A DNA stretch of 64,000 bases. Origin: an uncultured delta proteobacterium (GTDB lineage: Bacteria; Myxococcota_A; Polyangia; Polyangiales; B10-G4). Location of the stretch: contig CAVSGI010000020.1 in NCBI GenBank assembly GCA_963727445.1, forward strand, positions 224,001 to 288,000. Reading direction: 5' to 3'. Below are positions 1 to 8,950 of this stretch, one piece after another. The notes beneath the pieces were generated by a model. It worked only from the letters and a program-made list of their open reading frames with translations, had not been told where the DNA came from and did not search any database. Within the stretch, counting starts at the first letter, position 1; every line of letters starts with the position of its first letter. A program made the position numbers and the translations under genes.

Positions 1-1
1 C

Positions 2-232
2 GAGGTCGCGGCCCGTGCCGCGCACTCCATCAGTCACGGTCACTACAAGAAGCAGTTCTGGCTCGGCGCGGTGGTGGTCGGACACGTCCTGCCCGCGTTG
101 CTGGTCTTCGGTGCGCAGGCCGCGCTGGCCAGCACGTGGCTCTTCGCCATCGCCGGCGTCGCCGCCGTGCTCGGCCTCTGGTTCTTCGAGCACGCCTTCG
201 TCATGGCCCCCCAAGAGGTTCCCAACAGCTGA
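2..232 (+). CDS. C-terminal fragment of a NrfD/PsrC-like membrane anchor subunit (5' truncated by window edge)
   Basis: Manual frame +2 translation EVAARAAHSISHGHYKKQFWLGAVVVGHVLPALLV...LGLWFFEHAFVMAPQEVPNS*; two hydrophobic helices; ends 8 nt before a Mo-oxidoreductase. Confidence 0.6.
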   Translation, partial: EVAARAAHSISHGHYKKQFWLGAVVVGHVLPALLVFGAQAALASTWLFAIAGVAAVLGLWFFEHAFVMAPQEVPNS

Positions 233-240
233 GGCCCCCC

Positions 241-3210
241 ATGAGCTCCACCGCCTCCACACTCGACTTCTTCGCGCGTCTCTTGCGCTTCTCGCGCACC
301 GAGGTGCCGGCGGAAAAGACCGCTCCGGCGCCCACGGCCGACGTCATGCCTCAGCCCGAGTATGCCAAGACCGGAAAGAAGCCGGTCCGACTCGAGACCA
401 TCCGACAGGCGGACGGACGCATCAGTCAGTATCCGCCCCCGTCGTCCTGGGACGAGTGGGTCGAGTGGGATTCGAAGTCCTGGCCCAAGAAGGTCGCGCG
501 GCGCTACACGCTGGTTCCCACCATCTGCTTCAACTGCGAGAGCGGTTGCGGCCTGCTCGCCTACGTCGACAAAGACACCTACGACATCCGCAAGTTCGAA
601 GGGAACCCCGCCCACCCGGGCAGCCGCGGGCGCAACTGTGCGAAGGGCCCCGCGACCCACAACCAGACCTACGACCCCGAGCGCATCCTCCACCCGCTGA
701 AGCGCGTGGGTGAGCGAGGCGAGGGCAAGTGGAAGCGCGTGAGCTGGGACGAGGCGCTGACCGATATCGCCGCCAAGATGCGCGCCAGTCGCGAGAAGCG
801 TCGCGACGGCATCATGTATCACGTCGGTCGTCCCGGCGAAGATCACTACGCCAACCGCGCGATCCAGAGCTGGGGTGTGGACGGTCACAACAGTCACACC
901 AACATCTGCTCCGCCTCGGCCCGCGTGGGCTATTACATGTGGAGCGGCGCCGACCGCCCCAGTCCCGACTACGCCAACGCGCGCGCCACCGTGCTGGTGA
1001 GCGCGCACCTCGAGTCGGGCCACTACTTCAACCCGCACGCGCAGCGGATCATGGAAGGCAAGCGCGACGGGGCGAAGCTGATCGTCCTCGACCCGCGCCT
1101 GTCGAACACCGCGGCGCGCGCCGACGTGTGGCTGCCGACCTGGCCCGGGAGCGAAGCCACGGTCCTGCTCTCCATCGCGAGCTACCTCATTCAGAACGAG
1201 CTCTACGATCGAGACTTCGTTCGCAGGTGGGTGAACTGGGAGGACACGCTGAAGGCGGCCGAGTCCTTCGCGGTGGACGACGACGTCGTGGCGATCGCCC
1301 GTGAGGCCCGCGAGCATGCCGAGCAGAGCGGTGAATACCGCTTCGAAGACTTCGAGCGGTTCCTCTCCGCGCTCTACGACGAGTTCACCTTCGAGCGAGC
1401 GGCGGAGGAGTCGCAGGTGCCGGTCGAGCGCCTGCGGGCCGCGGCCGAGGCCATCGCCGAAGCGGGCAACCGCGTCAGTGGCCACACCTGGCGCAGCGCG
1501 ACCATGGGCAACCGCGGCGGCTGGCAGGTGGCGCGCGCGCTCTTCTTCCTCAGCGTGCTCACCGGAAGCGTCAGCACCAAGGGCGGCACCGGCCTGAACA
1601 GCAACAACAAGTTCGTCCCCAAGCCCATCTCCACCCCCGATCAGCTCGATGTGTGGAACGAGCTGCACCTGCCGCACGAGTGGCCGCTCGCGATGTACGA
1701 GATGAGCTTCCTGTTGCCGCACTTCCTGGAGGAGGGGCGCGGCGACGTCGACGTCTACTTCACCCGCGTCTACAACCCGATGTGGATCAACCCCGACGGC
1801 TTCATGTGGATGAAGGCGCTCCGGGACGAATCGAAGATCAAGTGCCACGTCGCGCTCACGCCCACCTGGAACGAGAGCGCGTGGTTCGCCGACTACGTGC
1901 TGCCCATGGGGCACTCCGGCGAGCGGCACGACATCATGAGCCAGGAGACCCACGCCGGGCAGTGGATCGGTTTCCGGCAGCCGGTGCGCCGGGTGGCGAT
2001 GGAGCGCGCCGGCATCCCGGTGAAGCGCACCTACGAAGCCAACCCCGGTGAGGTCTGGGAGGAGTCGGAGCTCTGGATCGATCTGAGCTGGAAGCTCGAC
2101 CCCGACGGGAGCCTCGGCATCCGCCAGCACTTCGAGAGCCGCGAGCGCCCCGGCGAGCCCATCACCATGGACGAGTACTGGGGTCACATCTTCGAGCACA
2201 GCGTGCCGGGTCTGCCCGAGCGCGCGGCCGAGGAAGGTCTCACCCCCCTCGCGTACATGCGGAAGTACGGCGCCTTCGAGGTGAGCCGGGACGTGTACGA
2301 GCCCCACGAATCACGCGCGTCGAGTGACGGCGTCGACATCGACGGGGTCGAGCGCCAGGGTTTCAAGACGCCGAGCAAGAAGCTAGAGCTCTTCAGCCCG
2401 ACCCTCTCCGAGTGGGGCTGGCCCGAGCAGCAGTACGTCATCCCGTGGACGCTCGAGAGCCACGTGGCGCGCTCCAACATCGCCCAGGACGAGGGCGAGA
2501 TGCTGCTCCTTCCCACCTTCCGCCTGCCCACCCTGATCCACACCCGCTCCGCAAACGCGAAGTGGCTCTACGAGATCAGCCACAAGAACCCGGTGTGGAT
2601 GCATCCGAAAGATGCGGAGCGCCTCGGCGTGCAGACCGGCGATCTGATCCGGGTGACCACCGAGATCGGCTACTTCGTCGATCGTGCCTGGGTGACCGAG
2701 GGCATCAAGCCCGGGATCATCGCCATGAGCCATCACCTGGGGCGCTGGCGCCTCAAGGAGGGTGATGGCATCGGCGCCGGGATGAGCAACCTGGTGACAC
2801 TCGAAGAACGCGAGGGCGAGCACGAGCTCCACGTCGTCCACGGCGCCCGCGCGTGGAAGTCGCCCGACCCGGACACCAGCCGCGTGTGGTGGGAGGACGT
2901 CGGCGTCCATCAGAACCTCACTCACGCGGTGCATCCCGATCCGGTGAGCGGTGCCCACTGCTGGCACCAGAAGGCGCTCCGGGTGGAGAAGGCGAAGCCC
3001 AGCGACCGTCACGGTGACGTGTCGGTCGACACCAAGCGCTCGATGGCGGTCTATCGCGAGTGGCTGGCCCTCGCGCGCTCCGCGGTGGATCATTCTCCCG
3101 ACGGGACGCGCCGGCCGTACTGGCTGAAGCGGCCGCTGAAGCCGACCAAGAAGGCGTACGCGCTCCCCGCCCATCCCTGGGGCCGCGAGCCCCGCGCCGA
3201 GAGCGAATAG
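241..3210 (+). CDS. Molybdopterin (Mo-bisPGD) oxidoreductase catalytic subunit, DMSO reductase family, Psr/Phs-like
   Basis: CFNCESGC...RNCAKG [4Fe-4S] motif, PERILHPLKRVGERGEGKWKRVSWDEAL, SHTNIC, ADYVLP, C-terminal HTRS...VWMHPKDAERLGVQTGD domain. Confidence 0.9.
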   Translation: MSSTASTLDFFARLLRFSRTEVPAEKTAPAPTADVMPQPEYAKTGKKPVRLETIRQADGRISQYPPPSSWDEWVEWDSKSWPKKVARRYTLVPTICFNCESGCGLLAYVDKDTYDIRKFEGNPAHPGSRGRNCAKGPATHNQTYDPERILHPLKRVGERGEGKWKRVSWDEALTDIAAKMRASREKRRDGIMYHVGRPGEDHYANRAIQSWGVDGHNSHTNICSASARVGYYMWSGADRPSPDYANARATVLVSAHLESGHYFNPHAQRIMEGKRDGAKLIVLDPRLSNTAARADVWLPTWPGSEATVLLSIASYLIQNELYDRDFVRRWVNWEDTLKAAESFAVDDDVVAIAREAREHAEQSGEYRFEDFERFLSALYDEFTFERAAEESQVPVERLRAAAEAIAEAGNRVSGHTWRSATMGNRGGWQVARALFFLSVLTGSVSTKGGTGLNSNNKFVPKPISTPDQLDVWNELHLPHEWPLAMYEMSFLLPHFLEEGRGDVDVYFTRVYNPMWINPDGFMWMKALRDESKIKCHVALTPTWNESAWFADYVLPMGHSGERHDIMSQETHAGQWIGFRQPVRRVAMERAGIPVKRTYEANPGEVWEESELWIDLSWKLDPDGSLGIRQHFESRERPGEPITMDEYWGHIFEHSVPGLPERAAEEGLTPLAYMRKYGAFEVSRDVYEPHESRASSDGVDIDGVERQGFKTPSKKLELFSPTLSEWGWPEQQYVIPWTLESHVARSNIAQDEGEMLLLPTFRLPTLIHTRSANAKWLYEISHKNPVWMHPKDAERLGVQTGDLIRVTTEIGYFVDRAWVTEGIKPGIIAMSHHLGRWRLKEGDGIGAGMSNLVTLEEREGEHELHVVHGARAWKSPDPDTSRVWWEDVGVHQNLTHAVHPDPVSGAHCWHQKALRVEKAKPSDRHGDVSVDTKRSMAVYREWLALARSAVDHSPDGTRRPYWLKRPLKPTKKAYALPAHPWGREPRAESE

Positions 3211-4206
3211 ATGCTTTCCGACGCGGAAAAGGCCTGGGGGCGCGGCCGAGCGTACGCGCTGCTCGCCGAGCTGGTGGCGCGCGGTATCACCGAGGCGAAC
3301 GCCGAGGCCGCCCGCGCGAGCGACGGCATCGCGCAGGCGCTGTCGAGCTATCCGAACGCCGACGACGCAGCGGCTGACCATCACTTCGTCTTCGGGCTCT
3401 CGGTCCCGCCGCAGGAGGGCGCGTTCCTCGATGCGCGTGGCGAGGTGGGCGGTTCGCTCACCGACCGCCTCCGGGACGCCTACGCCGAGCTCGGCGTGGC
3501 CCACGACCCGCGGGGGGAGGGCGCCGAGCACCTCGCCACTGAGCTTCGCGCGCTCGGCTTCGCGTCGGCGACCGAAGCCGTGCACCTCGATCAAGAGCGA
3601 AGCGCCGAGGCTGCTGAGATGCGCGCCCGCGCGCGCCGCTTCCTCGACCGGCACCTCTTGCGATGGCTGCCCAGCTTCGCAGCGACGGTCCGAAGCACGG
3701 CGCGCCCCTTCCCAGAGGCCGTCGTGGCCCAGATCGTCGACGTGGTTTACGACCACCGGAGCGAGCTGGGCGCCGCCGACGAGGAGGATCTCGACTTCGC
3801 CCTGGCCGGCGACCCTCTCGACCTCGACGACGATTCGGTCGGCGTTCGAGAGATCGCCGCCGCGCTCTCCGTGCCCGCGCGCGTGGGCCTCTTGGTCAGC
3901 CGAGAGGACGTCGCCGCCGTCGGCCGGCGCCATCGCGTGCCGCGCGGCTTCGGCGAGCGACGCACCTTGATCCACAACCTGCTCCGCTCGTCGGTTTCAC
4001 TCGGTGCCTTCGCGCCCACCATCGACGAGCTGCGCGCACTGCTCGCCTCCCGCAGCCACGCGCTCGAAGACGCGCGCAACGCGCAGGTGCCTGGCCTCGC
4101 GCGCCTCACCGCGCCTTGGATCGCACGCATCCAGAACACCGACGCGGCCCTCGCCCGTCTCGCGAACGAGAGCCTCGCATCGCAGCGGCCATCCACCGCG
4201 CCATGA
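3211..4206 (+). CDS. TorD/DmsD-family molybdoenzyme maturation chaperone with C-terminal extension
   Basis: PPQEGAF, EHLATELRALGF, FLDRHLLRWLP motifs; ATG abuts the upstream stop. Confidence 0.8.
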   Translation: MLSDAEKAWGRGRAYALLAELVARGITEANAEAARASDGIAQALSSYPNADDAAADHHFVFGLSVPPQEGAFLDARGEVGGSLTDRLRDAYAELGVAHDPRGEGAEHLATELRALGFASATEAVHLDQERSAEAAEMRARARRFLDRHLLRWLPSFAATVRSTARPFPEAVVAQIVDVVYDHRSELGAADEEDLDFALAGDPLDLDDDSVGVREIAAALSVPARVGLLVSREDVAAVGRRHRVPRGFGERRTLIHNLLRSSVSLGAFAPTIDELRALLASRSHALEDARNAQVPGLARLTAPWIARIQNTDAALARLANESLASQRPSTAP

Positions 4207-4379
4207 CCTCCGCGGTCGCCGACTCTCACCGAAACGGTCCGGGCTGAAGGTTCACCCGGTGGAAACAGCGCCATCCGGCTGAAACGGAGCGCGTCTCAGC
4301 CCGTTTCGAGGTCCGTGGAAATCAGCCCCTTTTCTCCTGGCATGCGGGGTGCACATGTCAGGGGATGAGGAGACGCCCC

Positions 4380-5252
4380 ATGAACGTCAAAGCATTCTTC
4401 GATGCCCCCACCTGGACGGTCACTTACGTCGTCTGGGATCCCGAAACGAAGGACGCGGTCATCATCGACCCGGTGTTGGGCTACGACACGATCGGGTCGC
4501 AGACCGACCACGCGCAGATCGAGACGCTGGTCTCCTTCGCCCGAGACAACGGCCTCAGGGTACGTTTCGTCCTCGAGACGCACGCGCACGCCGACCATCT
4601 CACCGCTGCCCAACACCTCAAGCGCCGACTCGAGGCAGAGGTGGCCATCGGCGAGCGGATCACCACGGTGCAGAAGACGTTCAAGAAGATCTTCGATCTG
4701 CCGGAGGACTTCCCGACGGATGGAAGCCAGTTCGACCGGCTCCTCGGCGATGGGGAGGTGCTCGAGGCAGGCAGCCTTCGCATCGAGACGATCCATACGC
4801 CGGGGCACACGCCGGCCTGTGTGACCTACAAGATCGACGACGCGATCTTCACGGGTGACGCGCTCTTCATGCATGACTACGGCACCGGGCGTTGCGACTT
4901 CCCGGCTGGAAGCGCCTCCGATCTCTACGACTCGATCCAGAAGCTCTACGCGCTTCCCGACGAGACGCGCGTCTTCGTCGGTCACGACTACGCGCCCGGT
5001 GGCCGCGAGCCCGCATGGGAGACGACCATCAGCCGCGAGAGGGCCGAGAATCCACAGCTGAACGGTACCACGACGAAGGAGCAGTTCGTGCGGATGCGCG
5101 AGGCGCGGGACGCGACCCTCAAGGCGCCCCGCCTCATCTTCCAGAGCGTGCAGGTCAACGTGGACGCCGGGCGCCTCCCCACGCCTGCGGGCAACGGTCG
5201 CCGCTACCTGAAGCTGCCCATCAACCTCTTCGGAGGCCCCGAAGAGGTCTGA
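4380..5252 (+). CDS. MBL-fold hydrolase, persulfide dioxygenase (ETHE1/Blh-like)
   Basis: [35 protein letters not shown] motifs; GAGGAG SD before ATG 4380. Confidence 0.88.
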   Translation: MNVKAFFDAPTWTVTYVVWDPETKDAVIIDPVLGYDTIGSQTDHAQIETLVSFARDNGLRVRFVLETHAHADHLTAAQHLKRRLEAEVAIGERITTVQKTFKKIFDLPEDFPTDGSQFDRLLGDGEVLEAGSLRIETIHTPGHTPACVTYKIDDAIFTGDALFMHDYGTGRCDFPAGSASDLYDSIQKLYALPDETRVFVGHDYAPGGREPAWETTISRERAENPQLNGTTTKEQFVRMREARDATLKAPRLIFQSVQVNVDAGRLPTPAGNGRRYLKLPINLFGGPEEV

Positions 5253-5291
5253 GACAACCCCGCGTTCACCGGGGCGGGTTATGCTGCGCGG

Positions 5292-6296
5292 GTGAAGTGG
5301 GGGATGGGCTCTGTGGCGCTCGTGCTATTCGCGGCCGTTTCGGCGGCGGCGCAACCCCGGCAGATCACCGCGCGCGGCGACATGCTGATGTGCGAGTCAT
5401 CCGGCTGTACGGCGGCGGGTGCGCCTTGCCCATATGGCGTGGGAGAAGGCACCTGCGACGCGCCGGTCGGCGATGCGTTGCTCTGCATCGGCGCCGGTCA
5501 CACCACGGAGCCGCAGTGCTGCACCACCGATTCCGAATGTCCATCGACATCGCAGTGCTGGCATGTCGATGGCGAAGACTTCGGCGTGTGCCTCGGCCCA
5601 GACAGCCCACCGCTGACCTTCTGCGCCGACCCATCGGCGCTCACCTCGCTCGATCTCGTTCGGTGCCGCGACGGCACATACGCATCGACATACGACTGGG
5701 GACACGGCGATTGTGACGGTGACGGGATGCCGAACACCGACGACCCCATGCCCTGCGAGGGCACACCAATCTGCGCATGTGACGCCGACGTCGTGAAGGA
5801 TCCCTCTTCCCCATATCAGGTGAACCTCACGGACGTGGGGGCGTTCAGCGTGTGCCTTCGCGACCCGACCTCCCCCGACTGCATGGGAACCGACGTCAAC
5901 TGCGACGGCGAGATCGACCTCTGCGATGCGGCCATCGTCGCCCAGGTGATGGCTCGCGGCTACACTCAGCCCGAGCCCTTCCTCTGTGCGCAGATCGAAT
6001 GTGGAGGTTGCGAGACCAGCGATGGGTGCGTGCGAACGAGCCAGGACTACTGCACGCGGAGCCTGATGGGCACCTACCGCCCGCGCTGCCGAGCCCCAGC
6101 CGATGGCGGCACCGACGCGTCCGTCGCGGACTCTGGCGCTGCCGACACGCGTCGTGGTTCCGACGCGGAGCCCGCGACCTTCCGGGGGGCCGGAGGCTGC
6201 GCATGTCGTCTCGGGGCTCGCGACCAGAACCCCGCCGGCCCGGCGCTCTTCCTGGTCCTCCTCCTCGTCGCCCTCCGGTTGCGCAAAACTGCCTGA
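5292..6296 (+). CDS. Cys-rich secreted protein with Ca-binding/dockerin-like repeats and MYXO-CTERM-like anchor
   Basis: Signal peptide; GDCDGDG and DVNCDGEIDLCD motifs; C-terminal GAGGCAC, hydrophobic helix, basic tail. Confidence 0.7.
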   Translation: MKWGMGSVALVLFAAVSAAAQPRQITARGDMLMCESSGCTAAGAPCPYGVGEGTCDAPVGDALLCIGAGHTTEPQCCTTDSECPSTSQCWHVDGEDFGVCLGPDSPPLTFCADPSALTSLDLVRCRDGTYASTYDWGHGDCDGDGMPNTDDPMPCEGTPICACDADVVKDPSSPYQVNLTDVGAFSVCLRDPTSPDCMGTDVNCDGEIDLCDAAIVAQVMARGYTQPEPFLCAQIECGGCETSDGCVRTSQDYCTRSLMGTYRPRCRAPADGGTDASVADSGAADTRRGSDAEPATFRGAGGCACRLGARDQNPAGPALFLVLLLVALRLRKTA

Positions 6297-6324
6297 GCCG
6301 CGGCGCCTTCATTAGACTGGCGCC

Positions 6325-7317
6325 ATGCGGAGGCTCGAGACGGCTGTCCTCGCGCTGGTGCTCGGCTCGGTGGCGCCGGTCGCCGCTCGCGCTCAGCCGC
6401 TCCCCTGCCGTCTCGACGATTCGTTGAGCCGCGCCGCGGAGAGCCTCCTCGACGACTCCCGCCCGCTCACGCCGACGCGTCTTCTGGTCGCTGCCCGGAG
6501 CGAAGGCGCGACCGCTCCCATCGTCGTCGCCGTCTCCGTCGCTCCTGACGCCGACGCGCGCGTGCGCCGATGGCTCGAGCGACAGAAGCAGGGCGCCGAC
6601 GCCCCGCTCGTTTGCGGCGAGGCGCGCGACAGCCGGCATCGGCTGGTGCTCGCCTCCACCGCGGCAGCGACCATGGAGCTCCGAGGCGACACTCTCGTGG
6701 CCCGCCTCTCCGCGCGCTTTCATTCGCCGCGCGTCATCCTGCGCTCCGCAGACGGTGAGCTCATGCGGGTGATGGCCACCGCGGCCGAGCTCGCCCGCGG
6801 GACCGAGCTGCCCACCGAGGCGCGAGGAGCGACCTTGATCCAGCTCGTGGCCGAAGGGCCGAACGGGCCGCGCCCCGTCGCCGAGCTGGTGACCGGGGGT
6901 CGTCCCGAGGAGATGCTCCTGCGTCCAGGTGGAGGCGACGTGCGCCATCGCATCACCGAGCTCCGCGCTCAGCGCGCCGCTGCACCCCTGCGCGACAACC
7001 GACTCCTCGACCGCGAAGCGAGCCGTCAGGCGGAGGCGGTCTGCGAGAGCGGGCGCATCTCCCATCAGCGCGACGGCGCCGATCCCGAGTCGCGCCTGCG
7101 GACGGAAGGCATCGTCGCGCGCTCGGTGGGCGAGACCGTCGCCCGTGGGGCGAGCCCCGCCACCGCCATGGACGCCTTGGAGCAGAGTCCCTCCCATCTC
7201 GCCACCCTCGCAGACCGTCGTTTCACGGATCTCGGCCTGGGCACGGCGGAAGATGACGCTGGGCGGACCTGCCTGGTCGTTCTGCTCTCATCCTGGCCAC
7301 GCTTCGTCGGGCGCTGA
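6325..7317 (+). CDS. Secreted CAP (SCP/YkwD) domain protein
   Basis: Signal peptide; C-terminal ISH...VGETVA...SPSHLATL...FTDLGLG CAP signature. Confidence 0.75.
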   Translation: MRRLETAVLALVLGSVAPVAARAQPLPCRLDDSLSRAAESLLDDSRPLTPTRLLVAARSEGATAPIVVAVSVAPDADARVRRWLERQKQGADAPLVCGEARDSRHRLVLASTAAATMELRGDTLVARLSARFHSPRVILRSADGELMRVMATAAELARGTELPTEARGATLIQLVAEGPNGPRPVAELVTGGRPEEMLLRPGGGDVRHRITELRAQRAAAPLRDNRLLDREASRQAEAVCESGRISHQRDGADPESRLRTEGIVARSVGETVARGASPATAMDALEQSPSHLATLADRRFTDLGLGTAEDDAGRTCLVVLLSSWPRFVGR

Positions 7318-7347
7318 ACGCCGCGCCTTTTGGTATCCTCCAGCGCG

Positions 7348-8674
7348 ATGAAGACTGTCGGCGACCTCCGAGCCCACGCGGACGCGTGTTTGTTCGCGGA
7401 CGATTACCACCACGCGCTACACGCCTACGCGGCGCTGGTGCGCCTGCAGCCCGTCAATCTCGACGCGCGCCTGCGCGTGGCGGACACCCTCCTGGCGCTA
7501 GGCGAGGTGCAGCGAGCTGCCGTGGTGTACACGGCACTGGCGCGCCACGCCTCGCACGCCGGCTATCCGGGACGCGCGCTGGTGGCGCTCAAGAATCCTC
7601 TCCGCGCTCGAGCCCCAGCTGATGAGCCTGCTCTCCAACCTCGCCGACCTCTACGCGGTCGGCTCTGCCAAGCTGGGTCGCGCGGTGCGCATCTCGCCCG
7701 GCGATCCCAACGCCGAGCTGCCGGAAGGGCTCGACCTCTCCTCGCCGCCGCCGATGGAGCAACTGGCGCAGGTCGCGGCCGATCTCGCGGCGGACACTTC
7801 GCAGATCGCGGCCTACCCCGAGCAGCTCCCGCCGATCCCCCTCTTCAGCGAGCTCCCGGCCGACGCTTTCGCGCGCGTGCTCGAAGCGCTCAAGCTCGTG
7901 CGGACGCGGCCGGGCGAGACCATCGTGGAGCAGGGCGCCGTCGGACAATCCTTCTTCGTGCTCGCGCGGGGTACGGTCGCCGTCACGCGCCTCGATGACG
8001 AAGGGAAGTCGCATCGGCTGGCGACGCTTCACGACGGCTCGATCTTCGGAGAGATGGCGCTGGTCAGCGCGCTGCCCCGCTCGGCCACCGTCCAGGCCGA
8101 GACCGATTGCGATCTCTTCGAGTTCGATCGCGCGACCCTGGCGGCGGCTGCGCAGGAAGTGCAGACCATCGCGCACGCGCTCGACAAGTTCACGCGCGAG
8201 CGTCTCCTCAACAACCTCCTCGCCACTGCCGCGCTATTCCGTCCCCTCGACCGCAAGCAGCGGCTCGACCTGATGCGGCGCTTCACGGCCCACGACGTGG
8301 CGCCGGGCACGCAGATCATCGAGGAGGGCCAGCCCGGCCGCGGCCTCTATGTCCTGTTGAATGGTGAGATGGACGTCTCGAAGGTCGACGGCGAGGAGAA
8401 GGTGCTCCTCGCGACGCTCAAGCCGGGCGACGTCTTCGGCGAGATCTCCCTCCTCAACGACCAGCCCACGACGGCCAGCGTGACCTCCGCGACCAACGCC
8501 ACCGTGATGTTCCTCGCCCGCGAGTATTTCCAGCGGCTGATCGCCGCCGTCGGCGAGATCCGCGAATACGTCGACAACCTGAGCGAAGAGCGCCTCATGG
8601 ACACCCGCATCCTCATGGCCTCCGACGAAGAAGAAGGCGAGGAGCTGACGGACGACGACCTGATCATGATCTGA
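7348..8674 (+). CDS. TPR-like plus tandem cyclic-nucleotide-binding domain protein (frameshift near 7594)
   Basis: Two CNB domains (FGEMAL..PRSATV; FGEISLL..PTTASV); removing one A in AAGAATC joins ORFs 7330 and 7622. Confidence 0.8.
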
Positions 8675-8725
8675 GAGGAAGTCCCGGTCCTCGTCTCCGT
8701 CTCGGGGACGCTTCGAGGGTGCCCA

Positions 8726-8784
8726 AAAGTACAAGAGTGTAGACCGTCCCCGTTGGACGGGGACGGTCTACACTTTTGCACTTT
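8726..8784. repeat. 28-bp-arm inverted repeat (REP-like palindrome or terminator)
   Basis: AAAGTACAAGAGTGTAGACCGTCCCCGT-TGG-ACGGGGACGGTCTACACTTTTGCACTTT; one mismatch and one G-T pair. Confidence 0.8.
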
Positions 8785-8950
8785 CCAGGCGCGGGCAGCC
8801 GCGGTGCTCGACCGCCTCGGCTTCATCGCCCCTGCCTCCGTCTCGGAATTCCCCTGAAATATCCGCAGCAAATTGCGGGTTTCATCCTCAGTGGTTACCC
8901 AATTGAGGTTGGGTCCGCCGGGTCAGAGTGCTCACGAGAGGTCGATCGCG

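Noticed and set aside
43..2307. Long antisense ORFs (also 8888-10714, 46675-49080, 59989-61683 and others)
   Set aside because: Shadow frames of real genes caused by high GC codon bias; no recognisable motifs
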